DNA from: Clostridia bacterium
Lineage (GTDB): Bacteria; Bacillota; Clostridia; JAAYHZ01
Assembly: GCA_050950825.1 (NCBI GenBank)
Contig: JBMNIH010000004.1
Location: 128,001 to 192,000 of the forward strand
Length of the DNA stretch: 64,000 nucleotides
Direction of reading: 5' to 3'
The stretch's first letter is position 1. The number at the start of each line of letters is the position of its first letter. Shown here piece after piece: positions 10,298 to 20,508 of the stretch. Made by a program: the position numbers and the translations under genes. The notes below the pieces were generated by a model, which had not been told where the DNA came from, ran no database searches, and saw only the letters and a list, made by a program, of their open reading frames with translations.

Positions 10298-11593
10298 ATG
10301 AATCATAAAAAAACCATTCGCCCCGAAAAAGTGATCCAATTCGGCGAAGGCGCTTTTTTAAGAGGATTTGCGGACTGGATGCTGCAGCATATTAACGAGA
10401 CGAGCGATTTTAACGGAAGCGCGGTTGTCGTGCAGCCCATAGAAACGGGTATGTGCGATAGGCTCATGGCCCAAGACTGCGTTTACACCCACATTATCCG
10501 GGGAAAAGAAGGTACGGAAGCCAAAATCATCGACGTCATATCACGATGTATCAATCCGTATAAAGAATACAACGAATATTTAAGGCTTGCGGAAAATCCG
10601 AAAATTCGCTACGTCATATCCAACACCACGGAAGCCGGAATCGCCTACCGAAAGGGAGACCTTCTTTCGGATGCGCCTCCCGTATCCTTTCCCGCAAAGG
10701 TAGCCGCTCTTTTGTATCGACGCTACGAACGGGGGCTTGACGGATTCGTATTCCTTCCCTGCGAGCTGATCGATAAAAACGGACAAGAGTTAAAGAAAAT
10801 CATATTGCAGTATGCCGAGGATTGGAATTTAGGCGAAGGATTTTTAAATTGGGTGGAGGACAAAAACGTTTTTTGCAATACCTTGGTCGACCGAATTGTC
10901 ACGGGATACCCCAAGGACGAAAGCATTGATCTCGGATACACGGACAACATGCTGAATACAAGCGAATACTATCACCTTTGGGTTATAGAAGGACCGAAAT
11001 TCATCGGAGAAGAAATACCCTTTAAAAAAGCGGGGCTGAACGTGATCTTTACGGACAATTTGGCCATGTACCGGACACGAAAGGTACGAATACTGAACGG
11101 TGCCCACACCGCCATGGTTCCTTACGCCATGCTGAAGGGATTTGAAACGGTCAAGGCTTGTGTGGACGATGAAGAAATGAGTAAGTTTATTCGAAATTGC
11201 ATCTTCGACGAAATCATTCCCACCTTGGATTTGCCAAAGGAAGAGCTTATCGAATACGCGGAAAAGGTGCTGGAGCGTTTCGTCAACCCGTATATACGGC
11301 ACAGGCTTTCCTCCATTGCCTTAAATTCCGTGAGCAAGTTTAAGGTAAGGGTGCTGCCTTCCATATTGGAGTATATAAAAAGAAAGGGATGCATGCCCGA
11401 ATATTTGCTGATGGCATTTGCAAGCCTGATACGGTTCTACAAAACCCCCATGGCTAACGACGATCCGGACGTTTTGGACTTTATGAAGAAGGCATCCGTA
11501 AAAGAGATATTAGCCAACGAGTCCCTGTGGGATTCGGATTGTTCATTTTTAGCGGAAGAGGTAATCCGGTATGAAAATCAATTGTTTGGATAA
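10298..11593 (+). CDS. uxaB: Tagaturonate reductase / altronate oxidoreductase
   Basis: VIQFGEGAFLRGF, SNTTEAGI, PCELI, NTLVDRIVTG, RKVRILNGAHT, IALNSVSKF. Confidence 0.93.
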   Translation: MNHKKTIRPEKVIQFGEGAFLRGFADWMLQHINETSDFNGSAVVVQPIETGMCDRLMAQDCVYTHIIRGKEGTEAKIIDVISRCINPYKEYNEYLRLAENPKIRYVISNTTEAGIAYRKGDLLSDAPPVSFPAKVAALLYRRYERGLDGFVFLPCELIDKNGQELKKIILQYAEDWNLGEGFLNWVEDKNVFCNTLVDRIVTGYPKDESIDLGYTDNMLNTSEYYHLWVIEGPKFIGEEIPFKKAGLNVIFTDNLAMYRTRKVRILNGAHTAMVPYAMLKGFETVKACVDDEEMSKFIRNCIFDEIIPTLDLPKEELIEYAEKVLERFVNPYIRHRLSSIALNSVSKFKVRVLPSILEYIKRKGCMPEYLLMAFASLIRFYKTPMANDDPDVLDFMKKASVKEILANESLWDSDCSFLAEEVIRYENQLFG

Positions 11594-12941
11594 TGTGGTC
11601 ATAAACCTTGAAAACGGACATAAATACGCCGATCGTGACATTCAAAAAGGGGAAAGCATCATCAAGTACGGCTTTCCCATCGGCGTTGCAACGAAGGATA
11701 TAAAAAAGGGAGAGCATGTCCACGTTCATAATGTGAAAACACGCTTGGAAGGCTTTTTGGAATACGAATACAATCCTTCCTTTTACCCGCTGCCGGAGCC
11801 GAAAGACGATGTTACGTTTTTAGGTTATATAAGAGAAAACGGCGATGTGGGTATTCGAAACGATGTATGGATCGTCAACACGGTCGGGTGCGTAAACAAA
11901 ACCGCACAAAGGCTAAGCGAGCTTACGGGAGCCTTGTACTTTCCCCATCCTTACGGCTGCTCCCAGATGGGAGACGACCAAAGTCTCACCCAAACGATAT
12001 TAAAGGGGCTGGTGAACCACCCGAATGCCGCCGGTGTTTTGGTCTTAGGCTTAGGCTGCGAAAACAACCACATCGGAGCATTCAAAAAGGTATTAGGAGA
12101 TTACGACGAAAGAAGAGTGAAGTTTTTAAATGCGCAGGATTTTTCCGATGAGACGGAAGAAGGCGTAAAACAAATACGGCAGCTTCAGGAATATGCCGCG
12201 GCATTTAAAAGGACTCCCGTTCCGGTGAGCCGATTAAAATTGGGCTTAAAATGCGGCGGAAGCGACGGCTTCAGCGGAATCACCGCCAATCCTCTTGTAG
12301 GCAGGGTATCGGATAAGCTGATTTCTTACGGGGGAAGCTGCGCGTTAACGGAAGTGCCGGAAATGTTCGGTGCGGAGCAAATCCTGATGAATCGATGTGA
12401 AAGCAAAGAGGTTTTTGAGAAAACGGTCAAGCTCATTAACGATTTTAAAGAATATTTTATCCGTCACAACCAAGTCATTTACGAGAATCCGTCTCCGGGC
12501 AACAAGGAGGGAGGCATTACCACCTTGGAGGAAAAATCCTTAGGCTGCGTACAAAAAGGCGGCCTTTCCGCGGTGACGGACGTTTTGGATTACGGCGATA
12601 CCGTAACCAAAAGAGGTCTTTCCTTACTGAACGGTCCGGGGAACGACCTTGTGGCCATAACCAACCTGACGGCGGCGGGGGTACATATGATCCTGTTTAC
12701 CACGGGCAGAGGCACCCCGGTAGGCGCGCCGGTGCCTACGATCAAAATTTCCACCAACAAGGAATTGGCCTTGCGTAAAGCGAATTGGATCGATTTTGAT
12801 GCAAGCCCCGTACTCGAGGGAAAACCTCTTACGGAGGAGCTGTTCGAATATATCTTAAAGGTGGCAAACGGAGCTCAAACGAAAAACGAAATCAACGGGT
12901 ACCGTGAGATCGCCGTGTTTAAAGACGGTGTCACGCTGTAA
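11571..12941 (+). CDS. uxaA: Altronate dehydratase
   Basis: SAF domain (GHKYA..IKYG..HVHVHN), HPYGCSQMG, GLGCENN, LKCGGSDGFSG, NPSPGNKEGG, FTTGRGTP. Confidence 0.93.
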   Translation: MKINCLDNVVINLENGHKYADRDIQKGESIIKYGFPIGVATKDIKKGEHVHVHNVKTRLEGFLEYEYNPSFYPLPEPKDDVTFLGYIRENGDVGIRNDVWIVNTVGCVNKTAQRLSELTGALYFPHPYGCSQMGDDQSLTQTILKGLVNHPNAAGVLVLGLGCENNHIGAFKKVLGDYDERRVKFLNAQDFSDETEEGVKQIRQLQEYAAAFKRTPVPVSRLKLGLKCGGSDGFSGITANPLVGRVSDKLISYGGSCALTEVPEMFGAEQILMNRCESKEVFEKTVKLINDFKEYFIRHNQVIYENPSPGNKEGGITTLEEKSLGCVQKGGLSAVTDVLDYGDTVTKRGLSLLNGPGNDLVAITNLTAAGVHMILFTTGRGTPVGAPVPTIKISTNKELALRKANWIDFDASPVLEGKPLTEELFEYILKVANGAQTKNEINGYREIAVFKDGVTL

Positions 12942-12965
12942 GGAAAGACGAAAAAACGCAAAATG

Positions 12966-12995
12966 AAAAAAATCCTGATCTTATCAGGATTTTTT
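12966..12995. terminator. Bidirectional terminator
   Basis: AAAAAATCCTGAT-CTT-ATCAGGATTTTTT between convergent genes. Confidence 0.85.
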
Positions 12996-13000
12996 ATACC

Positions 13001-14155
13001 CTAGCAATACAAATGATACTTTTCCTTTAATCGTCGGAATGCTTCAAGCTCTTCTTCAAATTGCTTTATCATGGTCTTGTAGTCCGTGTTCCGTAAGCGA
13101 ATGATGTCCGTTCCCGCAAGGCGGTCGAAGGGAGGAGGACTTCCTTCCTTGTAGGGCGGAAGAAAGGCAAAGTGTTCTTTGTATCGATCCATGAGGGTGT
13201 AAATCAGCTTCACTCCGATTTCAAAGGCCTTTACCTTTTTGTGATCCGTTATATGGATCTGTACGCCGCCGCACAATTGGCCTTGGTATTTGGAGAAGAC
13301 AGGCGTAAAATAGGCGGGGCGAAACAATGCACCGTCAAAGCCGTAATCGTTCAAGATGCGGGATAAATCGTAAGGGTCAATCCACGGTGCGCCAATAAGC
13401 TCAAAGGGCTTGGTTGTGCCGCGGCCTTCCGAAACGTTGGTGCCCTCCAACAGGCAGGTACCGATGTAAATAAGGGCGGTTTCAAAGGTAGGAATATTGG
13501 GGCTGGGGCTTACCCATAGCAAATCCGTTTCGTTAAAAGCGAGGCTTCGGCTCCAGCCTTCTACGGGGACAACCTCCAAGTCGCAACGGATTCCGAATTC
13601 ATTGTTGAAAAGACAAGCCAATTCTCCAACGGTTAACCCGTGCCGTACCGGAATGGGGTATCTTCCTACAAAGGAAGAGTTTTTCGCATCCAAAACGTTC
13701 CCATCCAACAGTACACCTCCTAAGGGATTGATTCGGTCAAGCACGACGAAGGGAATACCGAGCTTAGCACATCCCTCCATGGCATACGCCATGGTGTAGA
13801 TATAGGTGTAATATCTTGCTCCGATATCTTGAATATCGAAAACCATAAGGTCAATCCCTTCCAACATTTCGGCCGTGGGCTTTCTTGTATTACCGTACAG
13901 GCTGTAGACGGGAAGAGATGTTTTCGAATCCGTATAGGTTTCCACGGCACTTCCTGCCTGCACGTTTCCCCGCACGCCGTGCTCCGGGGAAAACAATGCC
14001 TTAAGACCGTATTTTTCGTTTAATATGTCTACGGTAGATTGAAGCTTTTTGTCGACACCTGTCGGGTTTGTTATGAGGCCGATGTTTTTGCCTTGAAACC
14101 GGTGATCGTATCGATCGATGACATCGATACCGTTGTATACCGAAACCTTGCTCAT
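13001..14155 (-). CDS. namZ: Exo-beta-N-acetylmuramidase NamZ (YbbC/DUF1343)
   Basis: GLITNPTG, FSPEHG, SLYG, FDIQDIGARYYTY, RHGLTVGEL, SPSPNIP, EGTNVSEGRGT. Confidence 0.92.
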   Translation of the reverse strand: MSKVSVYNGIDVIDRYDHRFQGKNIGLITNPTGVDKKLQSTVDILNEKYGLKALFSPEHGVRGNVQAGSAVETYTDSKTSLPVYSLYGNTRKPTAEMLEGIDLMVFDIQDIGARYYTYIYTMAYAMEGCAKLGIPFVVLDRINPLGGVLLDGNVLDAKNSSFVGRYPIPVRHGLTVGELACLFNNEFGIRCDLEVVPVEGWSRSLAFNETDLLWVSPSPNIPTFETALIYIGTCLLEGTNVSEGRGTTKPFELIGAPWIDPYDLSRILNDYGFDGALFRPAYFTPVFSKYQGQLCGGVQIHITDHKKVKAFEIGVKLIYTLMDRYKEHFAFLPPYKEGSPPPFDRLAGTDIIRLRNTDYKTMIKQFEEELEAFRRLKEKYHLYC

Positions 14156-14174
14156 GATATTTTCCTTTCCTTTT

Positions 14175-15263
14175 TTATTTTTCTAAAGCTGCAAAGATCA
14201 TGTTGTGTAGAAGTCTTCGGAATCGAATGATTTTGGTATTTTCCCTTCCGTAGTGGACGCGATTGGTCAAGCAAATGACGTATACGCCGTAATGAGGGTC
14301 CACCCATAAGGAGGTTCCGGTAAATCCGGTATGGCCGTATGAGCCTACCGAGGTAAGCTCCCCTCCCGCACCGGCATAAGAATCCGTTCCCGGCACTCGG
14401 TCGGTTTTTACGGACCAACCGATTCCTCGATCTTCGTTTAAATGTCTTGTATAATTTCTTGTCATGGTGGAAACGGCAGACTCGGACAAAATTCTCGTTC
14501 CGTTGATTTTCCCTTTGGACAACAGCATAACGGCATATTTTCGAATGTCTTCGGCATTGGAAAAAAGCCCGGCATGACCGGATACGCCTCCGAAAAATCG
14601 GGCGTTTTCGTCATGAACGACCCCGTTGATGTATTCCGTTGAGGTAGGCTTTTTTTCGGTGGACGCGGTATTGTCCGACTCGGGATTAAAAAAGGTCTGC
14701 TCCATGCCCATCGGTTCGTACAAATATTTTTTACACAGGTTATCCAAGGTATCGCCCCCTGCAATCTCCAATATGCGGCCTGCGAGGATAAACCCTAAAT
14801 CGCTGTAGATGACTTGCTCTCCCGTCGGGTGGCAAACCCCTTCTTTTGAGATAAGGTCGAAGGCCTCTTCGGAGCTTTTACAGTGTTTATAAAGAGGAAT
14901 GTATGACGCAAGACCGGCGGTATGGGTTAACAAATGGCCGATTCGGATGTCCTTTGTGTGATCGGCTGAAAATTGCGGAAGATAGTCGGAAACCTTATCT
15001 CCCAAGCTTAGGATCCCTTTATCCGTAAGCACCATGGCCAAGGGAGCGGTGGCCGAAACCTTGGTAAGGGACGCCAAATCGAATAAGGTGTCTTTATCCA
15101 AAGGCGCGGCATCCGGATACACCCGCTTGTTCCCCGTTCGATATTCAAACAGTATCGTATCCTTTGTGCCTGCCAAAACGGAAGCGCAAGGAAAGGCTCC
15201 GGCGGATACGGCGTCGTCGATGAGTTTTTTTATGGCTTCTTGTTGTTCCAAAGAGATGATCAT
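14175..15263 (-). CDS. Serine hydrolase, beta-lactamase-related (AmiE/YbbE-like)
   Basis: FDLASLTK (SxxK), LLTHTAG, YSD, GVVHDENA, GHTGFTGT; start moved to ATG 15263 behind an AAGGAG RBS. Confidence 0.85.
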   Translation of the reverse strand: MIISLEQQEAIKKLIDDAVSAGAFPCASVLAGTKDTILFEYRTGNKRVYPDAAPLDKDTLFDLASLTKVSATAPLAMVLTDKGILSLGDKVSDYLPQFSADHTKDIRIGHLLTHTAGLASYIPLYKHCKSSEEAFDLISKEGVCHPTGEQVIYSDLGFILAGRILEIAGGDTLDNLCKKYLYEPMGMEQTFFNPESDNTASTEKKPTSTEYINGVVHDENARFFGGVSGHAGLFSNAEDIRKYAVMLLSKGKINGTRILSESAVSTMTRNYTRHLNEDRGIGWSVKTDRVPGTDSYAGAGGELTSVGSYGHTGFTGTSLWVDPHYGVYVICLTNRVHYGRENTKIIRFRRLLHNMIFAALEK

Positions 15264-15473
15264 ACCGAAATTCTCCTTCATTTGGCGTATGTTATCACGA
15301 TGATTTTTCATAAATATATGAACCGATTCCATTATAGCACGGACCGATGGAAGAAAATATGGAATTGATTTCGTAAACAGTCAACGGGACGGATAAAGGG
15401 GTGAAAAATACCGAACAATAGGATATAATTTACTCGCATTTTGCAAAAGAATACGGATAAAGAAGGAAGGCTT

Positions 15474-16457
15474 ATGAAAAAAGTAATCATCGTGTTTACC
15501 GGCGGAACCATTGCCATGAAGATTGATAATAAGACCCATGCAAATGTTTTGGCTATGTCCGGAGAAGATATTTTAAACATGGTGCCGGATCTTCAAAATT
15601 TGGCAAAGATACGTTATCATAATTTCAGTTTCGTTCCGGGGCCTCATATGACACCGGAAATGATGTTTGAGCTTTCGAGATTCATAAAGAAAAAACTGGA
15701 CGACGAAGGCTTTGACTGCGCCGTCGTTACCCACGGTACCGATACATTGGAAGAAACGGCCTATTTGGTGGATCTTACTACCCGCACAAGGAAGCCCATC
15801 ATCTTTATGGGTTCCATGAAAAGCAGCTCGGAATTGGGCTGGGACGGTCCCGCGAATTTGGTGGACTCCGTTTATACCGCCATATCCGACGAAGCCTATG
15901 ACAGAGGTGTTTTAGTGGTCATGAATAATGAAATCCATACCGCTGCTCAAGTGACCAAAACCAATACTCACTCCTTGGATACCTTCAAAAGCCCCGACTT
16001 TGGTCCCATCGGTTTTATCGACAACAACAAAGCCTACTTTTATCATCGGTACACCAAATGGCAATATATCGACACCGAGACAATCGACCCTAATGTGGAT
16101 CTGATCAAAACCGCCTGCGGCATGGACGACCGCCTGATTCGATTCTGCGTGGATTCCGGAACCCACGGCTTGGTTATCGAGGGAATGGGAAGGGGAAACA
16201 TACCTCCTAAGATGGTTCCCGGTATCGAATATGCTTTGGACAAAGGGATACCGGTGGTTTTGGTCTCCCGCTGCCACAACGGGAAAGTATTGGACAGCTA
16301 CGGCTACCCCGGTGCGGGTAAAGAGCTGACGGAAAAAGGGGTTATCTTAGGAGACAATTTAAACGGCCAAAAAGCAAGAATTAAGCTGATGGTAGCTTTG
16401 GGTGCCACAAGGGACATGAAAAGAATCAAGGACATTTTTGAAAAGAATTATTACTAA
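15474..16457 (+). CDS. L-asparaginase
   Basis: FTGGTIAM, VVTHGTDTLEETAY, GMGRGN, LNGQKARIKL; cytoplasmic; RBS AGGAAGG. Confidence 0.93.
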   Translation: MKKVIIVFTGGTIAMKIDNKTHANVLAMSGEDILNMVPDLQNLAKIRYHNFSFVPGPHMTPEMMFELSRFIKKKLDDEGFDCAVVTHGTDTLEETAYLVDLTTRTRKPIIFMGSMKSSSELGWDGPANLVDSVYTAISDEAYDRGVLVVMNNEIHTAAQVTKTNTHSLDTFKSPDFGPIGFIDNNKAYFYHRYTKWQYIDTETIDPNVDLIKTACGMDDRLIRFCVDSGTHGLVIEGMGRGNIPPKMVPGIEYALDKGIPVVLVSRCHNGKVLDSYGYPGAGKELTEKGVILGDNLNGQKARIKLMVALGATRDMKRIKDIFEKNYY

Positions 16458-16474
16458 TTCACCGGGAGGAGCAT

Positions 16475-16745
16475 ATGAGGGAAAACATTTATCAAAATTC
16501 CGCATGGCTTTATGCTTTGGACAACGAAGGCTTATGTATACCCTCAATACATATTTAAAGTAACGGATCCTAGCGGGCAAATGACGACGATTATCGAAGA
16601 GTTCAAGCTTAAATATTATTACAAGCATCAAATCGAATCCGCCGTATTGCAATCGGGATTGAAGATTAAAGATATCTTTGGAAGCTTTGACAAAGCGCCC
16701 TTTTATGAAAACGGCAAGGAGAATCTTCTTGTATGCAAAAAATGA
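16475..16745 (+). pseudogene. Internally deleted class-I SAM methyltransferase remnant
   Basis: GGAGG RBS then MRENIYQNSAWLYALDN, joined out of frame to a typical C-terminus (EEFKLKYYY..IESAVLQSGLKIKDIFGSFDKAPF); SAM-binding core absent. Confidence 0.6.
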
Positions 16746-16845
16746 TGTTTCGCGATTTTTATTAGGGAAATTTACTTGTACTTATGTATAATAATGTTGG
16801 GTGCGGAATTTACTTTCTTAAAAATCTCCTACGGAGGTAAAAGCG

Positions 16846-18078
16846 ATGAGTGATCAAGAAAAATTGGCCATTTACGGGGGGACACCCGTTCGACAAAAAC
16901 CGATGCCGGCAAGAAAGCCCTTCGGCGAAGAGGAAATTCGCGAGGTAACCGAAGCGATTTTGACCCAGAATCTATTCTATACGAAGGGAAATAAAACGAC
17001 GCAATTTGAAGCGGAATTCGCTCAAAAGTACGGTGTAAAGTACGCCATAACCTGTTCATCGGGAACGGCAGCGGTTCACATGGCGATTGCCGCATTGGAT
17101 GCCAACCCGGGTGACGAGGTAATAACGGCACCGGTTACCGATTTCGGAACCATTGCAGGTCTTTTGTTCCAAGGCATTATTCCGGTATTTGCCGATTGGA
17201 AGGAAAACACGTTTACGATGGACCCCGAAGATATCGAGCGTAAAATAACGGATCGAACCAAAGCCATCATTGTCGTTCATCTTTTCGGAAATCCGTGCGA
17301 TATGGACCGTATTATGGATATCGCCGACAGGCACGGATTAAAAGTTATTGAAGATTGCTGCCAAGCATACTTTACCTACTATAAAGGAAGGTTAGCCGGT
17401 ACCATCGGTGATATGGGCTGTTTCTCCATGCAGCAGAGCAAACACCTGACTGCCGGTGAAGGAGGAATCGTCATCACGAACAGGGACGATTTGGCCATGC
17501 GCGCCTCCTTATTCAGAGACAAGGGATGGGAAAATCGCCACCAATGGGGTCCAAGATCCTATTCGTTCTTAGGCTTAAACTATCGAATGAACGATTTGTC
17601 CGGAGCGGTCGCTCTCGCCCAGCTTAAAAAGACGGAGAATGTCGTTAACACCATGAACAGACTCGGAGACCTTTTGACCGAACGGATAAAGGATGTCCCG
17701 GGAATTGTCGCCGCCCCGGTTACCGAAGGAGCCAAGCACTCATATTGGCAGTATCCGATTAAGTTCATAGAATACGATGCCGTTCAATTCGTGAAGGCAT
17801 TGGTGGCGGAGGGTATTCCTTTTTGGTGGGGATACACCGTGGATCCCATTTATTTGTGTACGGATGCTTTGACCGAAAAGAGAACCTTCGGCAGCTCCTC
17901 TTATCCTTTCAGCTTACGGGACCAACCGATCGAGTACAAAAGGGGATTATGTCCCGTTGCGGAAGCCGAGCTTCGCTCCATCGGCGTTATGCGTATTTAC
18001 GAGAATTGGACCGAAGAAGATATTCAAGACGTAGCCAAGGCAATTCATAAAGTAGCGAAAGGATTAAAAAATGAGTAA
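16846..18078 (+). CDS. DegT/DnrJ/EryC1/StrS sugar aminotransferase
   Basis: LAIYGGTPVR, SSGTAAVH, VHLFGNPCDM, IEDCCQA, FSMQQSKHLTAGEGG, GLNYRM. Confidence 0.93.
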   Translation: MSDQEKLAIYGGTPVRQKPMPARKPFGEEEIREVTEAILTQNLFYTKGNKTTQFEAEFAQKYGVKYAITCSSGTAAVHMAIAALDANPGDEVITAPVTDFGTIAGLLFQGIIPVFADWKENTFTMDPEDIERKITDRTKAIIVVHLFGNPCDMDRIMDIADRHGLKVIEDCCQAYFTYYKGRLAGTIGDMGCFSMQQSKHLTAGEGGIVITNRDDLAMRASLFRDKGWENRHQWGPRSYSFLGLNYRMNDLSGAVALAQLKKTENVVNTMNRLGDLLTERIKDVPGIVAAPVTEGAKHSYWQYPIKFIEYDAVQFVKALVAEGIPFWWGYTVDPIYLCTDALTEKRTFGSSSYPFSLRDQPIEYKRGLCPVAEAELRSIGVMRIYENWTEEDIQDVAKAIHKVAKGLKNE

Positions 18079-19354
18079 TTGTTATACGGTTGGATTTGCT
18101 AAAGTCGACATTACACCGGATAAACCGACGCCGTACCTTGCGTTCAATCCTCGGCACACCTTGTTTGAGGGTGTCCATGACCCGTTGTATGCCAGGGTAA
18201 TTACCGTTTCCGATTCGAAAGAACAGGCTGTTATCATCGGTACGGACACCATCGGTATTGCCAATGCGGTTTTGGGAGAAGACAGAAATTACACTTCGGA
18301 GGTCCGAAAGAAAATTGCGGAAAAGACCGGGATACCGGAGACTTCCGTCATGCTGGCATCGCCTCACATTCATTCCGCACCGGAGACCATCAATCTTCGG
18401 CCGATAAAAGACGATGCCAATACCGTGGCTTGGCTGGAGGAATTGCAGGATAAAATATCGGATGCGGTTTTAAAAGCGTTGAATAATACGTTTCAAGCAA
18501 ATATGTACGTAATGACGGGCTCCGCGGAAGGAATCTCCTATAACCGTCGAAAGGACCCGATTTTAGATACGCAAGTTACCGTCCTGTTATTTAAATCCGT
18601 ACAAGAAGATCGGAACGTGTTATTGACCCAATTTGCATGCCACCCGGTCATTTTGCAGGTACAGGATCAAATATCCGCAGACTATTTGGAGGCTTTTCAT
18701 GCATGTCTCGAAAAGTCCGTAAAAAACCTGGAAGGAGATCTGTTCCTACAAGGTGCGTGCGGAGATATTGACCCTGTCATAGGCAATACTAAAAATTTTA
18801 ACGACACCTACTATACCGGTACGGCATTAGCCGGAGAAGTCCTTAAATTATACGGCCGGATGAGTATAGCCAAAAGCGCCGTTCAACCGGTTATCATAAA
18901 ATCGAAGTCGAAGGAGCTTCTTCTTCCTTCAAGACCCCTGCCGAAAGGAAAAGAGACGGAGGATTTCGTGGCGACAATGGATGAACGGATTCGTGCGGGA
19001 CAGCCCCTTCCTCCGGAATTAAAAAGAAAAGAAGAATTGTATTATCGATTGAAAATGGAGGACGAAGCCTTTAGAGGAGAGGTACAAATCCTTCGAATCG
19101 GCAATGCCCTCTTGACGGGAATCCCCGGAGAACCCTTCTGCAAGCTGGGGCTGACGATAAAAAGCTTGGCCTCACCCTGTATCGGTATTCCGGTGGGGTA
19201 TGCGAACGGATACTTAGGGTACATTGCTCCGAAAGAGGCTTGGGATAAAGGCGGATACGAAGTAAACCCGGGACCGTGGTCTATCGTCGGCTTCGAAGGG
19301 TATGACATGATCTTGGATGCGGCGGAGGATTTGCTAAAGGAAATGAAAGATTAA
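18071..19354 (+). CDS. Neutral/alkaline ceramidase N-terminal-domain family protein
   Basis: GFAKVDITP, GVHDPLYAR, HIHSAP, FACHP, ISADY, QGACGD, GIPGEPF, GYANGYLGY, GGYE; overlaps the DegT stop. Confidence 0.8.
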   Translation: MSNCYTVGFAKVDITPDKPTPYLAFNPRHTLFEGVHDPLYARVITVSDSKEQAVIIGTDTIGIANAVLGEDRNYTSEVRKKIAEKTGIPETSVMLASPHIHSAPETINLRPIKDDANTVAWLEELQDKISDAVLKALNNTFQANMYVMTGSAEGISYNRRKDPILDTQVTVLLFKSVQEDRNVLLTQFACHPVILQVQDQISADYLEAFHACLEKSVKNLEGDLFLQGACGDIDPVIGNTKNFNDTYYTGTALAGEVLKLYGRMSIAKSAVQPVIIKSKSKELLLPSRPLPKGKETEDFVATMDERIRAGQPLPPELKRKEELYYRLKMEDEAFRGEVQILRIGNALLTGIPGEPFCKLGLTIKSLASPCIGIPVGYANGYLGYIAPKEAWDKGGYEVNPGPWSIVGFEGYDMILDAAEDLLKEMKD

Positions 19355-19380
19355 AGGGCATGGATTAAAAAATGCCCTTT
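19353..19380. terminator. Bidirectional terminator
   Basis: AAAGGGCAT...ATGCCCTTT between convergent stops. Confidence 0.7.
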
Positions 19381-20335
19381 ATCGTTTTTCCGGGCTATAC
19401 CGCTCTTCCACCATGCCGAACAAAAGGGATGCAATCATGCCCGAGCAAAACAGGATAATCACCCACAAAAGTGCCGATACGAATGTAAGCCCCATTGCCG
19501 AAAGCCCTTGCTTCGTGAATCCGGGTGCTACAACGGTAGGAAATATGGCAACGGAAGAGCCTAGTACGGTTCCTACAATGATGTGGTACATAATGCCGTA
19601 AAAGCGTTCGAATAGGATGCTCACCAGCTTGGCAAAAGCGATAACCGCGATAGCAACGCCGATGATCAAAGGGATGATAACGGAAAAATCCAACGCCTTG
19701 ATTCCGTCGGTCATTTTGCTGTACATCCCGAAATAGATCAAAAAGTTGGAAGGAGAAAGACCGGGTACAATAAACCCTAAGCCGACTAAAATACCGCCGC
19801 CGATCCATATGAGAAAGTTGGGTTCAACGGCAGTCAGTTCTTTTTCACCGGACAGCATAAAGAAGATAATTACAAAGGAAGACAGAAACAGAGCAATATA
19901 TTCTTTGGCTCCTCTTCCTTTTTCGCCTGCGTTTTGCCAAAGTGAAGGCACCGTTCCCGCCACAAAACCGATAAAAAGGCTGACGAACAAGGTGGCGTAG
20001 GTTCCGAATGCCGCCGATACCAAGCCGGAAAACAGGAATATTCCGAGAAGACCGCCGATTCCCACGGGAAGGAAAAAGAAAAAGTATTTAATCAGATTTT
20101 TCGGGAAGTTTCCCAGAAAATCGATCAAAGCGTCGTAGATCTTAAATATGACCATTAAAACGCCCCCGGATATCCCCGGCAAGATGGCACCGATGCCGAC
20201 CAGAACGCCTTTAAGAACGCGAATAAGCCATGAAAACGGCGTTTCCTTATGATTATTTAAAATCATTTTGGCTTTATCTTCGGAAGAGCCTTTTGTCAAG
20301 CTTTTGTTTCCTTTGCTATCAAACCTTTCTGCCAT
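19379..20335 (-). CDS. DUF368 membrane protein (undecaprenyl-phosphate translocase family)
   Basis: KGVLVGIGAILPGISGG and a second PGLSPS repeat; multiple TM helices; GAGGTG RBS before ATG 20335. Confidence 0.88.
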   Translation of the reverse strand: MAERFDSKGNKSLTKGSSEDKAKMILNNHKETPFSWLIRVLKGVLVGIGAILPGISGGVLMVIFKIYDALIDFLGNFPKNLIKYFFFFLPVGIGGLLGIFLFSGLVSAAFGTYATLFVSLFIGFVAGTVPSLWQNAGEKGRGAKEYIALFLSSFVIIFFMLSGEKELTAVEPNFLIWIGGGILVGLGFIVPGLSPSNFLIYFGMYSKMTDGIKALDFSVIIPLIIGVAIAVIAFAKLVSILFERFYGIMYHIIVGTVLGSSVAIFPTVVAPGFTKQGLSAMGLTFVSALLWVIILFCSGMIASLLFGMVEERYSPEKR

Positions 20336-20508
20336 ACACACCTCAAACCCTTATTTTGAATCATGACCCGTTCCATTTTATTACTTATCCTTCTCGGTGT
20401 CAATTATCCGTTCTTTTTCCGATTTTTAAATTCCCTTGCCGGCAAAAGAGAATATGTAATAATATATTATGCAATACCGGTCGTTATTTTCTTAAGGGGG
20501 AAATATTC

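Noticed and set aside
20230-20508. N-terminal extension of the GNAT ORF in the ORF track (similar extensions at 15332, 51783, 36338, 41923)
   Set aside because: Better RBS-supported starts lie downstream; the extensions overlap promoters or neighbouring genes.
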